A stretch of 64,000 bases of DNA from Isurus oxyrinchus (lineage: Eukaryota), in the NCBI GenBank assembly GCA_026770705.1, contig JANJGN010000021.1:91078001-91142000 (forward strand), given 5' to 3'. Position 1 is the first letter of the stretch, and each line of letters opens with the position of its first letter. The translations under genes were made by a program, and so were the position numbers. The notes under the pieces are model-generated. The model searched no databases, was not told where the DNA came from, and was given only the letters and a program-made list of their open reading frames with translations. Shown here piece after piece: positions 1 through 13,399 of this stretch.

Positions 1-2252
1 TGTTAGCCTAGCCAGCGATATCTAAACTAAAAACCGAATAACACAAGTGTTGCATGCTAAATTATTAATTGGGAACATTTTGGATCATTTTGTTTTTTTC
101 CGTTTTTATTTGCATTACGCTCGACGAACGGCAATGTTAATAGCCATAAAATGATGAAATAGTGTGATACATATTTCCATTTCAAGTGTTAACAGATATC
201 AGATACTATGAAATCTGGCCTTGGTGTCTAATGTCAGGACACATCTCCACATTGTACTCATCCAAAGTTTGCGTAATTGACCAATTTGGCAAAACCTTAA
301 AAACAATAGTGTCGTCATAATTTCACCATTGGTATTCATGTGATCACATTTTAAGGATCCACTACAAATTATAGCATAAGTTCAAATCTTGCACTGTAAG
401 AGCATTGCATGAAGAGGTACGCTGTGACATTTGAGCCTTCTGTTTCGCAAGGCCAAGGCAACATTTTCTGGGTCAGCTGAAATGATATACTTTCGGGGCC
501 CATGACCACATGTCACTTGAAATGTTTTTGGAATGGTGGATAAACAATAGCTGTCCTCCACTTCCAAGTCCTTCAATAGTTTTCAAAGATGTACTGCTTC
601 CTCAAATTCATATTTTGTAGCCTAACCTACACTGCAAATTTTATTTTACTAAAGGTTCTTTCAGTGGATAATCATATTTCCATTGAAATGCTTTTCCATT
701 TCCAGGGAAATCATTTTTCTTCCAAATTTTAAATTTCACAGAAATATTCCTAGGTTTGGTGTAGGATGCATGGTTAGTGATAAAGGACATTCCCTGTATG
801 GCATTACTTTATTTATCGAAGCATTTTGCCGGAACTGGCATTAGAAACGTCGAACACAATGTGCTAGCATCCACACTCCCGTTATCTCCACTTCACACCA
901 GCAATAAAGGAAATTTAGGAGATACTGGAGGAGATTTTAAATATAACACGGGCGTAAATGTGGCTTTGTTACTCTTCAGCCAGATGTTAAAAACTTAGGA
1001 TATTCAATTTATTTGAAAACAATGATGTCCACGTGCAACTTACAATCCAGAGTAAACAAGCGTTGCAGTTTGGGCAGTCATTTATAAAAACTGCCCGACT
1101 TGCACTGTCAATTCAAATAATATGTGGAGCCGTCAACCAGCGAATTTCAAGATCTGCCTCAATGCAGATGGTAACCGTGCAGATTCATTAACGAGCGCCC
1201 GATCAACACAACAGTTTTGCTCAAAATCTACTTTGCTGCTGTCTATGGCTGATGAATTATAAATGCGTGCCATTCCTAATTTCTTAACCCTGCAATTAAC
1301 CAATAAAGAATCCTGGGATTGGTGTGCATATTTCGGTAAATGCACTCTCGCTGCACAATTTTGAAATTGCTTTGGTGAAAGGATGCTAGCCTCTTTTAAA
1401 ACATCCATCTGTAGATTTTCTTAATGTGGCTGCAACTCTGTAATTCAAAAAAAAAGGGAATGACCCGCCACTTATTCAGGGGCCTAGCTTTAAAGTAGCT
1501 CAGTCTGCATTGTTGTGCCTCGACAAGTGCATAACATTTCTCACTACAGGTGCTGTCCACTCGATAACGGCTAAAAAGAATCAGGCCTTATGGTTGATGA
1601 AGCAGTGCAGACCTGGAGACTTTCTGAATAGCTGAATTGTCTATATTTTTCAATTAGTAACAAGAGATGAGATCCTGCTTCAACGTTTCATCTAAGAAGG
1701 AATCACATTGAATAGCTAAAGCTGAATATAATTTCTAAATAACATCATTAATTTAATTAAAGTGCTAATCTTTTTCCCTCTTTAAGTATATATGCAATCC
1801 AGAATTTTCGATAGGGTCAAAGATTTGAATGGCAGTTACGCGTGAATCGAGCGAATGGGCACAAATGTTAATTTTATGGAGCGGGTGTATTACCTGAAGC
1901 TTATGAATGGAGGCGGGGAAGGTGGGTGTTAAACTCAAAATCTGTTCACCTGTTAACTGGATGAATGCAAATTCCCCATCGCTGTATGGTACAGCACTTT
2001 TCAATATGAAACGACCTAAAGATAAACTTGATTTGTTTTTACCTGTACATTGGGCTTCGGCACACATATCCTAATTGCGTATAATTTGAGAATCAATCTA
2101 CGTTTCCTTTTCGACTAATTGTAAACAATGGTGAAATGCTACATTCCAGCGTAAGAGAACGGAAAAAAAAAACGTCCGCTGAGGTGCGAAATTTTCTTGG
2201 AAATGTTCTTACTGTGACATGTAAGAGTTAAATGATATATATTTTTTTACAG

Positions 2253-2285
2253 AATTGAACAGAATAAAGCGATCCCCAAATGAAG
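2253..2285 (+). CDS. Microexon 1 (33 nt, phase 1-1) of coiled-coil microexon gene: (E)LNRIKRSPNE
   Basis: atttttttacag|AATTGAAC...AATGAAG|gtgaca; open frame; resembles the next exon (R-x-K-R-x-x-(x)-N). Confidence 0.7.
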
Positions 2286-3507
2286 GTGACAGAAGTATGC
2301 TGTGGAATTAAAATAAGAGATCTGTGGAGATGAACGATAATGTTTTCACAGTTCGGCGAGAATCATAGAACCAGACAGGGAAATTACCCATTGGGCAGAT
2401 TGTGATGTGTTGCCTTTTAACGAGCTATACAAATAAGCATACTCCTCTGCCCTTTCTCCATAACTTTACAAACGCTGTGATGTTAAGCTTCGCTATAGGA
2501 GTTAATTGGGAGGTCTGAGAAGATTTTGTATTTTGACGAAGATTTCTCCCAAATCAGTCACGACCGCGGATTTCCTACGAAGATAGTTGCAAATAATTCC
2601 AGACAGGATTTCGAATTTGATGGTTTTGACAAAATCTGTCAATGAACAGTACCAGCTTTCTGATTGTTGTGATCAAATTTCAATTAGAGGATGATGAAAA
2701 GTAAGCGTCCGCAGCACTATTTTCAACTCATTTGTTTAACTTGTCAGATATTCAGACAGGCTCACTTACAGACATGTGCTCCTCCCTCGTATATATTTAT
2801 TTCCTATGGCCAGGCATCCAATTGTCCTACATGCAGGAATAGGACATTCTGAGTATTTAGCTATTCATCCATTCTGTCCTTAGCAAATGTCCGTTCTTTT
2901 ACACGGGCTCCTGTAAAGGCCTATATTGACAGCACTTAAAAGATAATTCATTGGCTCTGATTTTTGACATATCTGTAGGATTGAAGAGCACCCGATACTC
3001 TATCTTGTTAAACACCGCCCAATTTTATTTCCCTGGGGCCTCCAAAGTTCTGACACACAAAGTCAAACTGAAGCCAATGAAGAGCAACATCAGGAATTGG
3101 GTTTCACGAGTGGCCTGTCTGATACCACTGGCTTTACACTATACGCAAGGGTTAACAGTAAACCTGCTTACAGCACATCAAAGAGAACAACCTTTAAAAA
3201 ATGATAGTTTTATCTAAATGACAAAAATCTAGTTATAAATGAACCAAACTTGATCTACAAATCTATAAAACAATAAATGATATAAAATGATCCTAAAACT
3301 CCGCCGAGCTACCACGGCATGTACACCAACTGCAACTCAAGTTGGGAGAGGAGCTGAAATCCTTAAGAAACAGCGCTGACGACCGTTCATGCTATGCTTG
3401 CAAAACTGACGTGGTATATCGGACAAACCCTAACAGCGTTTCTCAGTCAGCACTGCAAGTAGTCAAATACATTAAATTAAGGTATGCTTTTCTCCTTTTC
3501 TTTCTAG

Positions 3508-3543
3508 AAAACGTAAGATTAAAGAGAGCAGCACCAAACAGCG
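3508..3543 (+). CDS. Microexon 2 (36 nt): ENVRLKRAAPNS
   Basis: cttttctccttttctttctag|AAAACG...AACAGCG|gtgagg; strong pyrimidine tract and donor. Confidence 0.8.
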
Positions 3544-3809
3544 GTGAGGAACTGCTTTCCTTTTTATTTGTGTTTGGTGGAAATTTGGCTTGGCGGTCTG
3601 GCACGAATTGAAAGGCTGTATGTAGCATATTGCATACCATCGTGCTTGCTACTTTGGATGACATGCGTGCCCTCTGAATGAGACATATTTGTGATCAAAA
3701 CAAGTGAAACAATCATCCCATAGTGTGGCGTCTAATGAAAACCCCAAAGAGCCATTTCGAGTGCACTGGCCAGTCTGTGATCCTTAAAATGATGTGTTTC
3801 AATATGTTT

Positions 3810-6066
3810 CCTTTACTCATTCACGGGATTTGGGCTTCGCAGGCTGGGCCAGCATTTATTGCCCATCCATAGTTGCCCTTGAGAAGGTGGTGGTCAGCTG
3901 CATTCTCGAATCGCTGCAGCCCATGTGGTGTGGGTGCACCCACATTGCTATTATAAATGGAGTTCCAGGATTTTGACCCAACGACAGTGAAGGAATGGCG
4001 ATCTGTTTCCAAGTTAGGGTGTTGAGTGACTTGGAGGTGAACTTCTAAGTGGTGGTGTTCCCATCTATCTGCTGCCCTTACCCTTCTAGACGGCAGTGGT
4101 CGTGGGTTGGAAAAGTGCTACCCAAGGAGCCTTGGTGAATTCCTGCAGTGCATCTTGTAGATGGTACACACTGCTGCTACTGTGCATCGGTGGTGCGGAG
4201 AGTGAATGTTTGTAGATGTGGTGCCAATCAAGCATGCCGTTTTGTCCTGGACAGTGTCAAACTTCTTGATTGATGTGGCAGCTGCACTCATCTAGGCAAG
4301 TGGAGGGATCCCATCACACTCCTGACTCCTGCCTTGAAGATGATGGACAGATTTTGTGGAGTCAGGAGGTGAGTAACTCATCGCAGAATTCCTAGCCTCT
4401 GATTTGCTCCTTCACCACAATGTTTTTGTATCTAGCCCAGTTCAGTTTCAGGTCAGTTTTAACGCCTAGGATGTTGATACTGGGAGTCTAAATGTTCGTA
4501 ATGTCATTGGGAGTCATGGGCGATGGTTAGATTCTCTCCTGTTGGAGATGGTCATTGGCTGGCACTTGTGTGGCATGAATGTTACTTTCCACTTGTCAGC
4601 CCAAGCCTAGATATTGCCCAGGCCTTGCTTCATTTAGCTATGGGCTACTTCAGCATCTGAGGAGTCGTGAATGGTGACATTGTGCAATCATCAGCGAACA
4701 TCCCCACCTCTGACTTTGTGATCGAAGGAACGTCATTGGTGAAGCAGCTCAGGTGGTTGGGCCTAGGACACCACCTTGAGGAGCTCCTGCAGTGATGGCC
4801 TAGAGCTGAGCCGACTAACCTGCAACAACCACAATCATCTTCCTTTGTGATTTTCATCACTACAACAGGTATGCCTGGTGCTCTTCCTGACATGCCCTCC
4901 TGCACTCGTCATTGAACCAGGGTTGATCACTTGGCTTGATGGTAATGGTAGGGTTCGGGGTAAGCCGGGCCTGGAGGTTACAGATTGTGTCTGTCTACCA
5001 TTCTGTTGCTGCTGCAGGCCCACAGCGCCTCGTGGATGCCCAACCTTGAGCAGCTAGATCTGTTTGAAATCTATCCCATTTAGCATGGTGGTAGGGCCAC
5101 ACAATACGACGGTATCCTTAATGTTAAGGCGGGACTTCGTCCCCACAATGACTGTGTGGTCGTCACTCCAACTGACACTGTCATGGTCAGATGCATCTGT
5201 GGCAGGCAGGTTGGTAAGGATAAGGGCAAGTATGCTTCTCCCTCGTGTCCCTTCCCTTTCCACTCGCTGCAGTCCCAGTCTAGCAGTTATACACTTTAGG
5301 ACTCGGTCAGTTCTGTCAGTAATGGTGCTACCGAGTCACTCTTGATGATGAGCATCGAGGTTCCCCACCCAGAGTACATTCTGTGTCATTGTTACCTTCA
5401 GTTCTTCTTCAGGGTAATGTTCAACATGGAGAAGCACTGATTCACCAGCTGAGGGAGCGCAGTACAAGGTAATCAGGTTTCCTGTTCATATTTGACCTGA
5501 TGCCATGAGACTTCATGGGGTCTGGAGTTGGGCTTTAGGACTCCCAGGAGCACTCCTGCCCGAATGTACACGACTGTGCCGCCACTCTGCTGGGTCTGTC
5601 CTGTCAGTGAGACAGAACATCCCAAGGACGGTGATGTCTGCGACATATGATTCCATGGGGCTGTCTATGTCAGGCTGGTGCTTGACTGGTCTGTGAGAAT
5701 TTTGGCACAAGAGGACTTTGCAGGAATGACAACGCTGAGTTTGCCGTTGTCAATGCCGGGTGGTCCGTCCGGTTTCATTCCTTGTTTGAGTCTTTGTAGC
5801 GGTTTGATACAACTGAGTAGCTTGCTCCGGCATTTCAGAGTGCATTTAGTCGTGGTCAACCACATTTATGTGGGTCTGGAGCCACATTTAGGCCTTACCA
5901 GATAAGGACGACAGATTTCCTTCCCTAAAGGGCACTAGTGAACTGGATGGTTTTCATCATTTGACTTTTAATTCCATCTGCCATTGCACGATTCAAACCC
6001 GGTCCCCAGACCCTGAGTCTTTGGATTACTTGTCCAGCGACAATACCACTAATTCATCGCTTCCCC
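3810..6066 (-). mobile_element. Degenerate non-LTR retrotransposon (CR1/L2-group LINE), internally deleted, with tRNA-like 5' head
   Basis: Minus-strand fragments NDVPSITKSEVGMFADDCT (reverse transcriptase) and TRGRSILALILTNLP...SDDHTVIV (apurinic-type endonuclease); 3' tail shared with 34360, 42520 and 44900. Confidence 0.85.
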
Positions 6067-6189
6067 CCTGTTTGCTTCCATTGTGCTTGTATTCAATCAC
6101 ATTTACCTCCAAACAGCGAGTAAGAATAGGGAAGCTGTCAAATTCCATTCCTGTTGAACAAATGGTTACAGAAATTATCTTAACCTTTT

Positions 6190-7720
6190 AGAACCATAGA
6201 ATCATGAGAAGGCCGCAGCACAGATGTGGAGTCCTTGCTGCCTCTATGCAGCTGGGCTCCACTCTCTTGCCCTTTCCCCATCGTCCTGAAAGGTCTTTTT
6301 TCCTTCTCTTCAGGTTCTTGCCCAATTTCCTTTTCAAAGCCTGGATTTTATCTCTCTCTACCATATCCTCAGCGAGTGTATTCCAAATCAGTGCCTAGCA
6401 TAATCAGATTTTCTCGTGTTGCTGTTGGATTCTCTTTTGCCAGTAACCTTAAATCAGCATCCCCTAGTTCTTAGTCCTACCGCTATTTTCAACAGTTTCT
6501 CTCTATCCACTCTGTCTGCACTCCTCATGCTTATGAAGACTATAATCAAATCTACTCTCGATCTTCTCTGGGAGATCAACGCCAGCGTCTCCATTCGATA
6601 CATATGCCTCAGTCTGGAATAAGACATGTAAAACCTGTCTGCGTGCGCTACATAATATTCATATCCTGTCTACCGTGTGCTGTCCAGAGCTAGATGCAAT
6701 ACTCCGGCTGAGGAAGTTAAGAGAACTTATAATGATTCATCTACATTTATTACTTTTGTGCTCTATTCCTCTGTTTCAATGCCGAGTATGCCATATGATA
6801 TTTTAGCCATTTAGCCACTTTCTCAAACTCTCCTACCAAATTCAAAAGCTGTTCTTCATGCCATTAATAATCGTACCCCTTATTGTCCATTCCATCTCTT
6901 CGGAATAAATGCAGGACTTCAGAATATTCCACGTGAAATTTCATTTGCCACGCGTCCGCCCTTTCCACACACCTATCCATATCCTCCTGAACATGACCAC
7001 GATCCTCCTCAGAGTTCACAATACTTCCAGATTTTGTGTCATCTGAAATTTCTTTCAAATGGTGCTTGCTGCACCAATCTGGTTATTAAGCAATAAATTA
7101 AGAAAAACAAGGATCCTAATATGAACCCCCAAGGAACCCGACTGTATCCTTTCTCTCATTCCGAAAATCAAGCATTCATCACTACTCTCTGTTTCCTGTC
7201 ACTGAGGCAACATGGTATTCATGTTGCTAGTTTCTCTTCTTTCTATGGACTTCAACATTGCAAACATATTTTGTGGCACTTTAACAAAGGCCTTTACGAC
7301 ATCAGCTTCATCCTCGTCAACCATCTCTGCTACTTCATCCGAAAAACGCAATCAAATTAGTTAAACAGGACTTGCCTTTAACAGATCCAGACATTTTTCC
7401 CCTTCTCTTGGTTCATAACTCCAAAATGGATGTTAATTTAGTCGCAGATTATCATTGATAACAGCATTTCCACCACGGAGATTAACTGACTGACTTGGAG
7501 TTGTGTGCTTTATCCATACACGTAATTTTTAACAAATATGTAGCATTTGCAATGCTATACTCCTCTGATCTAAAACTTGTGTGTAAGGAGGATTGCAAGA
7601 TTATGGCCAATGTCTCTTCAATTTCCACCATATTTCCCTCAGCATCCTAGGTTGCATCGCATCTTGCCGTGGTAAATTTTCAACTTTAAATGCAGCCAGT
7701 CTTTCTAATTTCTCGAGGTT
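6190..7720 (-). mobile_element. Degenerate CR1 LINE, 3' part of ORF2
   Basis: ORF fragment DDTKSGSIVNSEEDRGHVQEDMDRCVERADAWQMKFHVEYSEVLH matches the CR1 RT C-terminal region. Confidence 0.85.
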
Positions 7721-8189
7721 ATTAATCAGCATTTTTTATTTCTCATGGGAATTGTGCCAATGATTCCAGATTTCAAAATTAGTTATTTCATTTGCTATGG
7801 CAAGTAAATTTGCTTTTGCACCAAACCGCTTGGCTATTTTAGCCCCCGTAATATCACAGAACTTTTCAAATTTTCGTTTGCCAGTTTATGGCTTCTTTGG
7901 TTTCAAATTGATCCTTCCAACAGTTGTTTTCTTTTAAACCATAAATTACTTGACTTGCAATTATTGAAGCTTTGTCCCACCTTAGATAACTTTCTATCTT
8001 ATTCCGTAATAATTCACGTCAGTATTGTATGTGAAGATGAAATTAGTGGTATGCACCTGCGCCGGCAATTGGCGCCTTAAATCATTCCATAAGGCATGCA
8101 CCACCAAAATGCTCTATCTAAATATTTTAACTTCATGCTCGTGCTTTACACTGTCACCACATTTTTTTTTTGATCATCTAGACCAGAGT

Positions 8190-11100
8190 ACAACCATATC
8201 AGCGGGCAGAGAAAAGAGCGGTGGTAGAAAAACATGGAGAGTGAGAACACAGGGAGACCAGCAGAGAGATAAAAGAGGGAGAAGTGTTTGTTTTCAGAGC
8301 CCATTGATCGTGTTTGGGAGCAAATCTAAGTGTGACATCACAGGTATGTGGGTGATTAGTGAGTAGTCTTCTCTTCTCTCTCTCTAAACTCGAACCTGGG
8401 AAATTAAAAATTTCAGTCGTGTAAGTTTAACAGGAAGTGAATGATCAAGAACAGGTTGATAGGCATTCATTAAACTTAATAGTTTTAACAAGGTGCAAGC
8501 TAGATTGTTCAAGAGAATATAGAAACATTTTTTAAGATCATGGGACGGCAGCTGGGACCTGTTGCTTACAATTCCTGGACACATCACGTGTCCTTCCAGC
8601 TGCTTCAGCTCGACCTCAGGATTTCCAACTTGAGGGGCAGCTAAACTCTTCGTGGAGCATGAGTGTTTCCCAGGCCGTACGTTCCAGATTTTGACCACCC
8701 CACAGGCAGAAAGAGCTAAGGATAGAAGATGAGCTGTCGTCAGGAACAATAGAAAGAGGCGGGAAATTAATGAGCCTTCAAGGCGTGTGTCATTCTTAAT
8801 CTGGTGCACAACATTGCAGAATTCTGGGAATGACGGCAGATTGAATCAGTGCAGTTTAGACCATGACGGATGCGGAAAGCAGAGAACTGGAAAGAGTAGA
8901 AATGCAGCTATTACGGGAAGTTCCAAAGTCAGGAGAACAGACGGTCAGTTATTTATCCATCATCGTAAGTTCCGTGTAGTGTGTTGCCACAATCGTTTCA
9001 GAGTAAAGGAAATCACGGAGAAGGGGCAGAATGTTTTCTAGGCGAAAGGAAGACAGCCATAAACTGTTGTGTACTTCGTGCCAACTGCAAGGCGAGGGCA
9101 GGTATTGAAGTCCTACAGTCAGACTTTCAGGAACCAGAGAAAACGTTTTTAAAAAGTAGTCCCACAAGGTAGTAATTTCTTGCTTACTCCTAGTTCCAAG
9201 AATTAGCTGCGTGGAAATCAAAAGATCGGGAGGATCAATCAATTGCTTGAGACATATTGCAAGAGGCTCTCGAAACATTGGTACAAGCCCTGGGGTAGGA
9301 GGCATCTATTCAAGAGAGATGGCGTTCTCCTTAATGGAACTATGACTAATGCTCCCGCACGAAGGTTTACTGCTGTGTTTGGGGTTGCGTGGGATGGGGT
9401 TTAATTAATAAACACGGGAAGCGGGTCAGCATATAGAAGTAGAAAATGTGAATAAGCATAAAGTGAGAATGTTGGACGTTACTAGAGAAGGAAGTACCTC
9501 CAAATTCGGAGTGATCTAAGGAGGGCTGCGAGGAATAAAAAGGCAGGTTTATAAATGCATTTGAGCAAAGTGTGATGAACGAAGTTAATGAGCTACAAGC
9601 ACCATGATCTATTTCACAGGTAGGTAGGTCCTGAATCCACCCCAGTAAGAGTGGGGATCGAAACCCATGCAGTTGGTACGAACTTAATCTACACTTGTCG
9701 TTCAGCCAACTGTGCTAACCAGTCCCCAAGGAGCCCAAGCTGCTGTGGCAACATATAGTTTTATATGTATGTGGTAGCCTGGAGCCATGGGTAGTGATGG
9801 TAGAGGCCCCAATGTCCTTCCCATCATCAGCGAGGCATCCCTCTTACCTCTTCCAGGTGTTGGAAGGGTTTACAAGTTTAGCCATGTTATTAACGCACCT
9901 TCTTTGGCCATCAAGCACTGGAGTTGACCTTGAAATTGGAGCATCGAGAAATGAAGCCTGGATTACAACTGCGCCACAAGACCTCTGTAGGGGGCATTTA
10001 ATAGTCCTCTAAATAATTAGAGGAGCGAATTTGCAAGCAAATCAGGGAGATATGCAAGAATTATAGAATGATGATTTTTGGGGTCAAATGCAATATGTTC
10101 TGATGGGAAGTGAGGAACATATTAAGAATGGCAAAGAGAGAGCAGGACAATAGAATCACAGCCCACATAAAAGGCAATTGAAAAGTCTATTCTACCGACA
10201 TGCAACTAGTAAGCACGTAATAAGAGGTGGAGTGGGTGGTCCTACAAAGAGAATATTATATGCTTAGAAGCGCAGGGTGAGTCAAGTATACTTAATAAAC
10301 TCTGTGTATTGGTGTTTACTAAAGAAGAGGAATCAGAAGGAAGCAGAAATGGTAAAGGCAAAGGGCGTGGTGAGAACAGAGAAGCAAAAGGTACTGGAAA
10401 TGCCTGTGCCTGAAATGGATAAGTTGCCAGATTCAATGGTTTTTACACGAAGTCGTTAAAGGAAGCGTGGAAGGAGATAACATACGGCTTTCAACCCTTC
10501 CTAGAGGATTGGAAAGTGGAAAAGGTGACACTGTTATAACGAAAGGTTGTGAGCACAGCTGTAGCAACTGTAAGCCAGTTAGTTTAACATCAGACTTGAC
10601 AATAATCAGGGGGAAAATCGACAGGAACTTTCAGAGTTTAAAGTTAATTTAGGATAGCGGGAACTGATGTGTAAAAGACAGATCATTCTTTACCAATCCA
10701 ATTGAATATTTTAGCGACGTAACAGATAAGGCTGATAAAATTATTGTAAATGATGTAGTCTGTATGGATTTTATTAAAGCGTCTGACAAAGTGTTATTGT
10801 AAAAGATTATTTAACAAAATTGTGTCTCATGGAATAGGAGGGTCAGTGTTAAATTGTATAAAGGTATTCAATTAAGGGCAGCAAACAATCGTTGAAGGTA
10901 AATGTATTGGAATACAGAGAAAATTTTCAAAATTTTAAGAATATACCAAACTTGGAAGAGTGGCAAACAGGGATGATGATAGTAATCGACTGCAATAGAA
11001 TATAAATGGACAGCGGAGTGACAGGTGGAGTTTAATATATGTGACTTGATGCATTCCTGCAGAAGAGATAGTGAGAGGCAACATGACTTAATGGCACTGT

Positions 11101-12120
11101 TCAAAATAATACGTGGAGAGAGGGGCCTGAGGTAAAATGTGCATGGATTTTTGAAGGTGGGAATATATTGAGGGAGTGCTAATCAAAGCATATGGGATCG
11201 TTGGCTTCACAAATGCATGCATTCGTGGACCCGTCTAGTGATTGAAGAGGCAACGGAAGCACCAGGGCAGCTATTTCCTGTAGCACCATTTGGAAACTCC
11301 AGTTACGCAGTCCACTCACTACTATCGGCGTTCCAGGCTAAAACCCGACCAATTCCCTGCTAGATTTCTTGGTACAGTCTAGATATTCTACATTTGAGAG
11401 CTTACGGTCAATTAGCAGCTGAGAGCTCTCCAGTGGCAAGTGACCTTTGACCTTTCCCGTTCTGGCCTCAGTTCGGTGAGTGGGGAAGTTGAATGAGTCT
11501 CTACCCATGCTTGCCTGCCTCCTAGCCTGAATAAAGTGAAAAAATTAAATTCTACCCCTTGAGCACAAAAACAGGGAACTAGCAATGAACATTTACAAGG
11601 CTTTGGTTAGCCTCAAACTACAGCATGGCATCCAGTTCGGTTAGTATACTTAAGGAAGGATATAAGATTAACAAGAATGGTTCCAGGAATGCGTGGGTTT
11701 AGCTACAAGATGTGCTTCGGGGCACTGGTGTTGTTCTCCTTAGAAAAAAGCTAATTGAGAGAAGATTTTATAGTGGTGTACAAGGTTATGATGGATTTGG
11801 ACAGGTAAACAAGGAAAGCAATTGTTCCCATTAGCGGATGGCACAAGGGCGAGTGATCATAGATTTAAGAACGTGGACATGAGACAAAAGGAAGATGTGA
11901 GGAAGAAGTTTATTGTTATGCAGCGAGTGATAATGACCGGGAGTTCTCTGCCCGCAACAGTAATGGAAATGGACTCATTCAATGATTTCAAAAGGAAACT
12001 GTATGGGCATTTGAAGGACATCAAAATGCAGGCTGCATAGATAAAGTGAGGGAATGAGGATGAAGAGCCGGCATAGACTCAATGAGCCAAATGTACACCT
12101 TCTGTTACGAAATGAGTAAT
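8190..12120 (+). mobile_element. Long decayed CR1 LINE (5' UTR, ORF1 remnants, ORF2 remnants, 3' end) with nested SINE fragments near 9640-9990
   Basis: NCKPVSLTS motif, an MDF.KA.DKV-like stretch near 10765, and FPLADGTRASDHRFK...VMEMDSFNDFKRKL at the CR1 C-terminus. Confidence 0.8.
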
Positions 12121-12762
12121 TAACTCGCCAACTCTGCTTAAAGTTGAAGAATATTAAAAATCTGTCTATCACTCTCCTTTAATTTAGAAGTTGAAAAATA
12201 TCGAAAACAACTCGGTAAAGTATCAGCTTGACAATCAGTATTTTATTTTTTGGTGACAAGGCTTCTTTCGGGTTACATTGTAAAGATTGAGTTTGTAGGC
12301 TGTAAGCAGAATGCCTTCACAACCTGCAATGTTTCTCACACAGCTGGTGGCCTTCCCAATTATCACTTCCTTTGTAGAAGGCCTGCCACTGTGTGTGCAT
12401 CAGAAAGTTCCTATAATTAGCAGCTGTGCTATTATTCTAGCTGATAGTAATAACATGTGATAATTCAAATCAATAAACACGAAACGTTTTACGTGTGGAC
12501 AGTGAATAATTTGAGACAATTTTAACGTCACTCTATCCTGATCAATGGGAACAATGGAACATTATTATACATCACGTTTATTGTCCTTTCCGCTGCAGTC
12601 CTTGATGCTGAAAATTGCTTATAAACATTGCGGGGTATTCAACATGTCCAGTTTCATAGCATCACACAAAGCTAAAATTACCCATTAACATGCAAGATTA
12701 ACAGAATAATTTGTGATTTCGAGTTATCACATTGCAATCTCCATTTATTTTTCGTTTATCAG

Positions 12763-12786
12763 TGGAGAAGATGAAACAAGTGAAAG
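12763..12786 (+). CDS. Microexon 3 (24 nt): VEKMKQVK
   Basis: tttatttttcgtttatcag|TGGAGAAG...GTGAAAG|gtaaca. Confidence 0.8.
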
Positions 12787-13399
12787 GTAACATACCTTGA
12801 ATATTTACATGTATCACAATATTTACTTGTATCTTGCTGTTTAATGTTAAAGGAATTTGAGTGACTTTGATTTAAAAGGCAAAATGCGAATTCTGGCAAC
12901 TCCTGAAATTAACGACATGATAGAAAATCTTTGGTGCAGAAGCCGAATTGTCTTATAGTTCTGTAGCAGCCATGTCTAACAATACCACCGAATATTTATT
13001 TCCTGAAACTTTGAGTAAACTGAAGCACATTTAAACATCAGTGGAAGCTAACGTTGTCTTAATGTCTTCCGAAGATTGACAGGGAATCTAGGAAATATAT
13101 TTGTCACGTGATAGAGGCACAAAAAACACGCGGATAAGTGAAGGTGCCGATAATACTAACAATAGCGTAACACTTAGGCAGAGATCATGGTGGGGCAACA
13201 GAAAAAACTTGCCAGCATTATGACCCTATTTAAAGAGGATTGTATTTATGGCAAAATTGCGCAGTTCAGTCTGGCAATCATGAAAAGTCCCTGATGTCCG
13301 TCCTAGCTTTAGTGTGAGCAGAGTACTTTTTAACACCATCTGGTATTAAACTTTCAGGGGAAGCCTTTAGGCTCACTTTAGTATAAGGCTGGCTTCTGG

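Noticed and set aside
1658-1684. 27-nt candidate upstream microexon VTRDEILLQ
   Set aside because: Donor gtttca is too weak to support without transcript data
5960-6066. tRNA gene
   Set aside because: A/B-box-like motifs only, with no intact cloverleaf; it is a retroelement head
6117-6119. 3-nt exon-like aaacag|CGA|gtaaga
   Set aside because: Cannot be distinguished from chance and is not required by the register
8182-8220. 39-nt candidate DQSTTISAGREKS
   Set aside because: Overlaps the apparent 5' end of a CR1 element; poor donor (gtggta)
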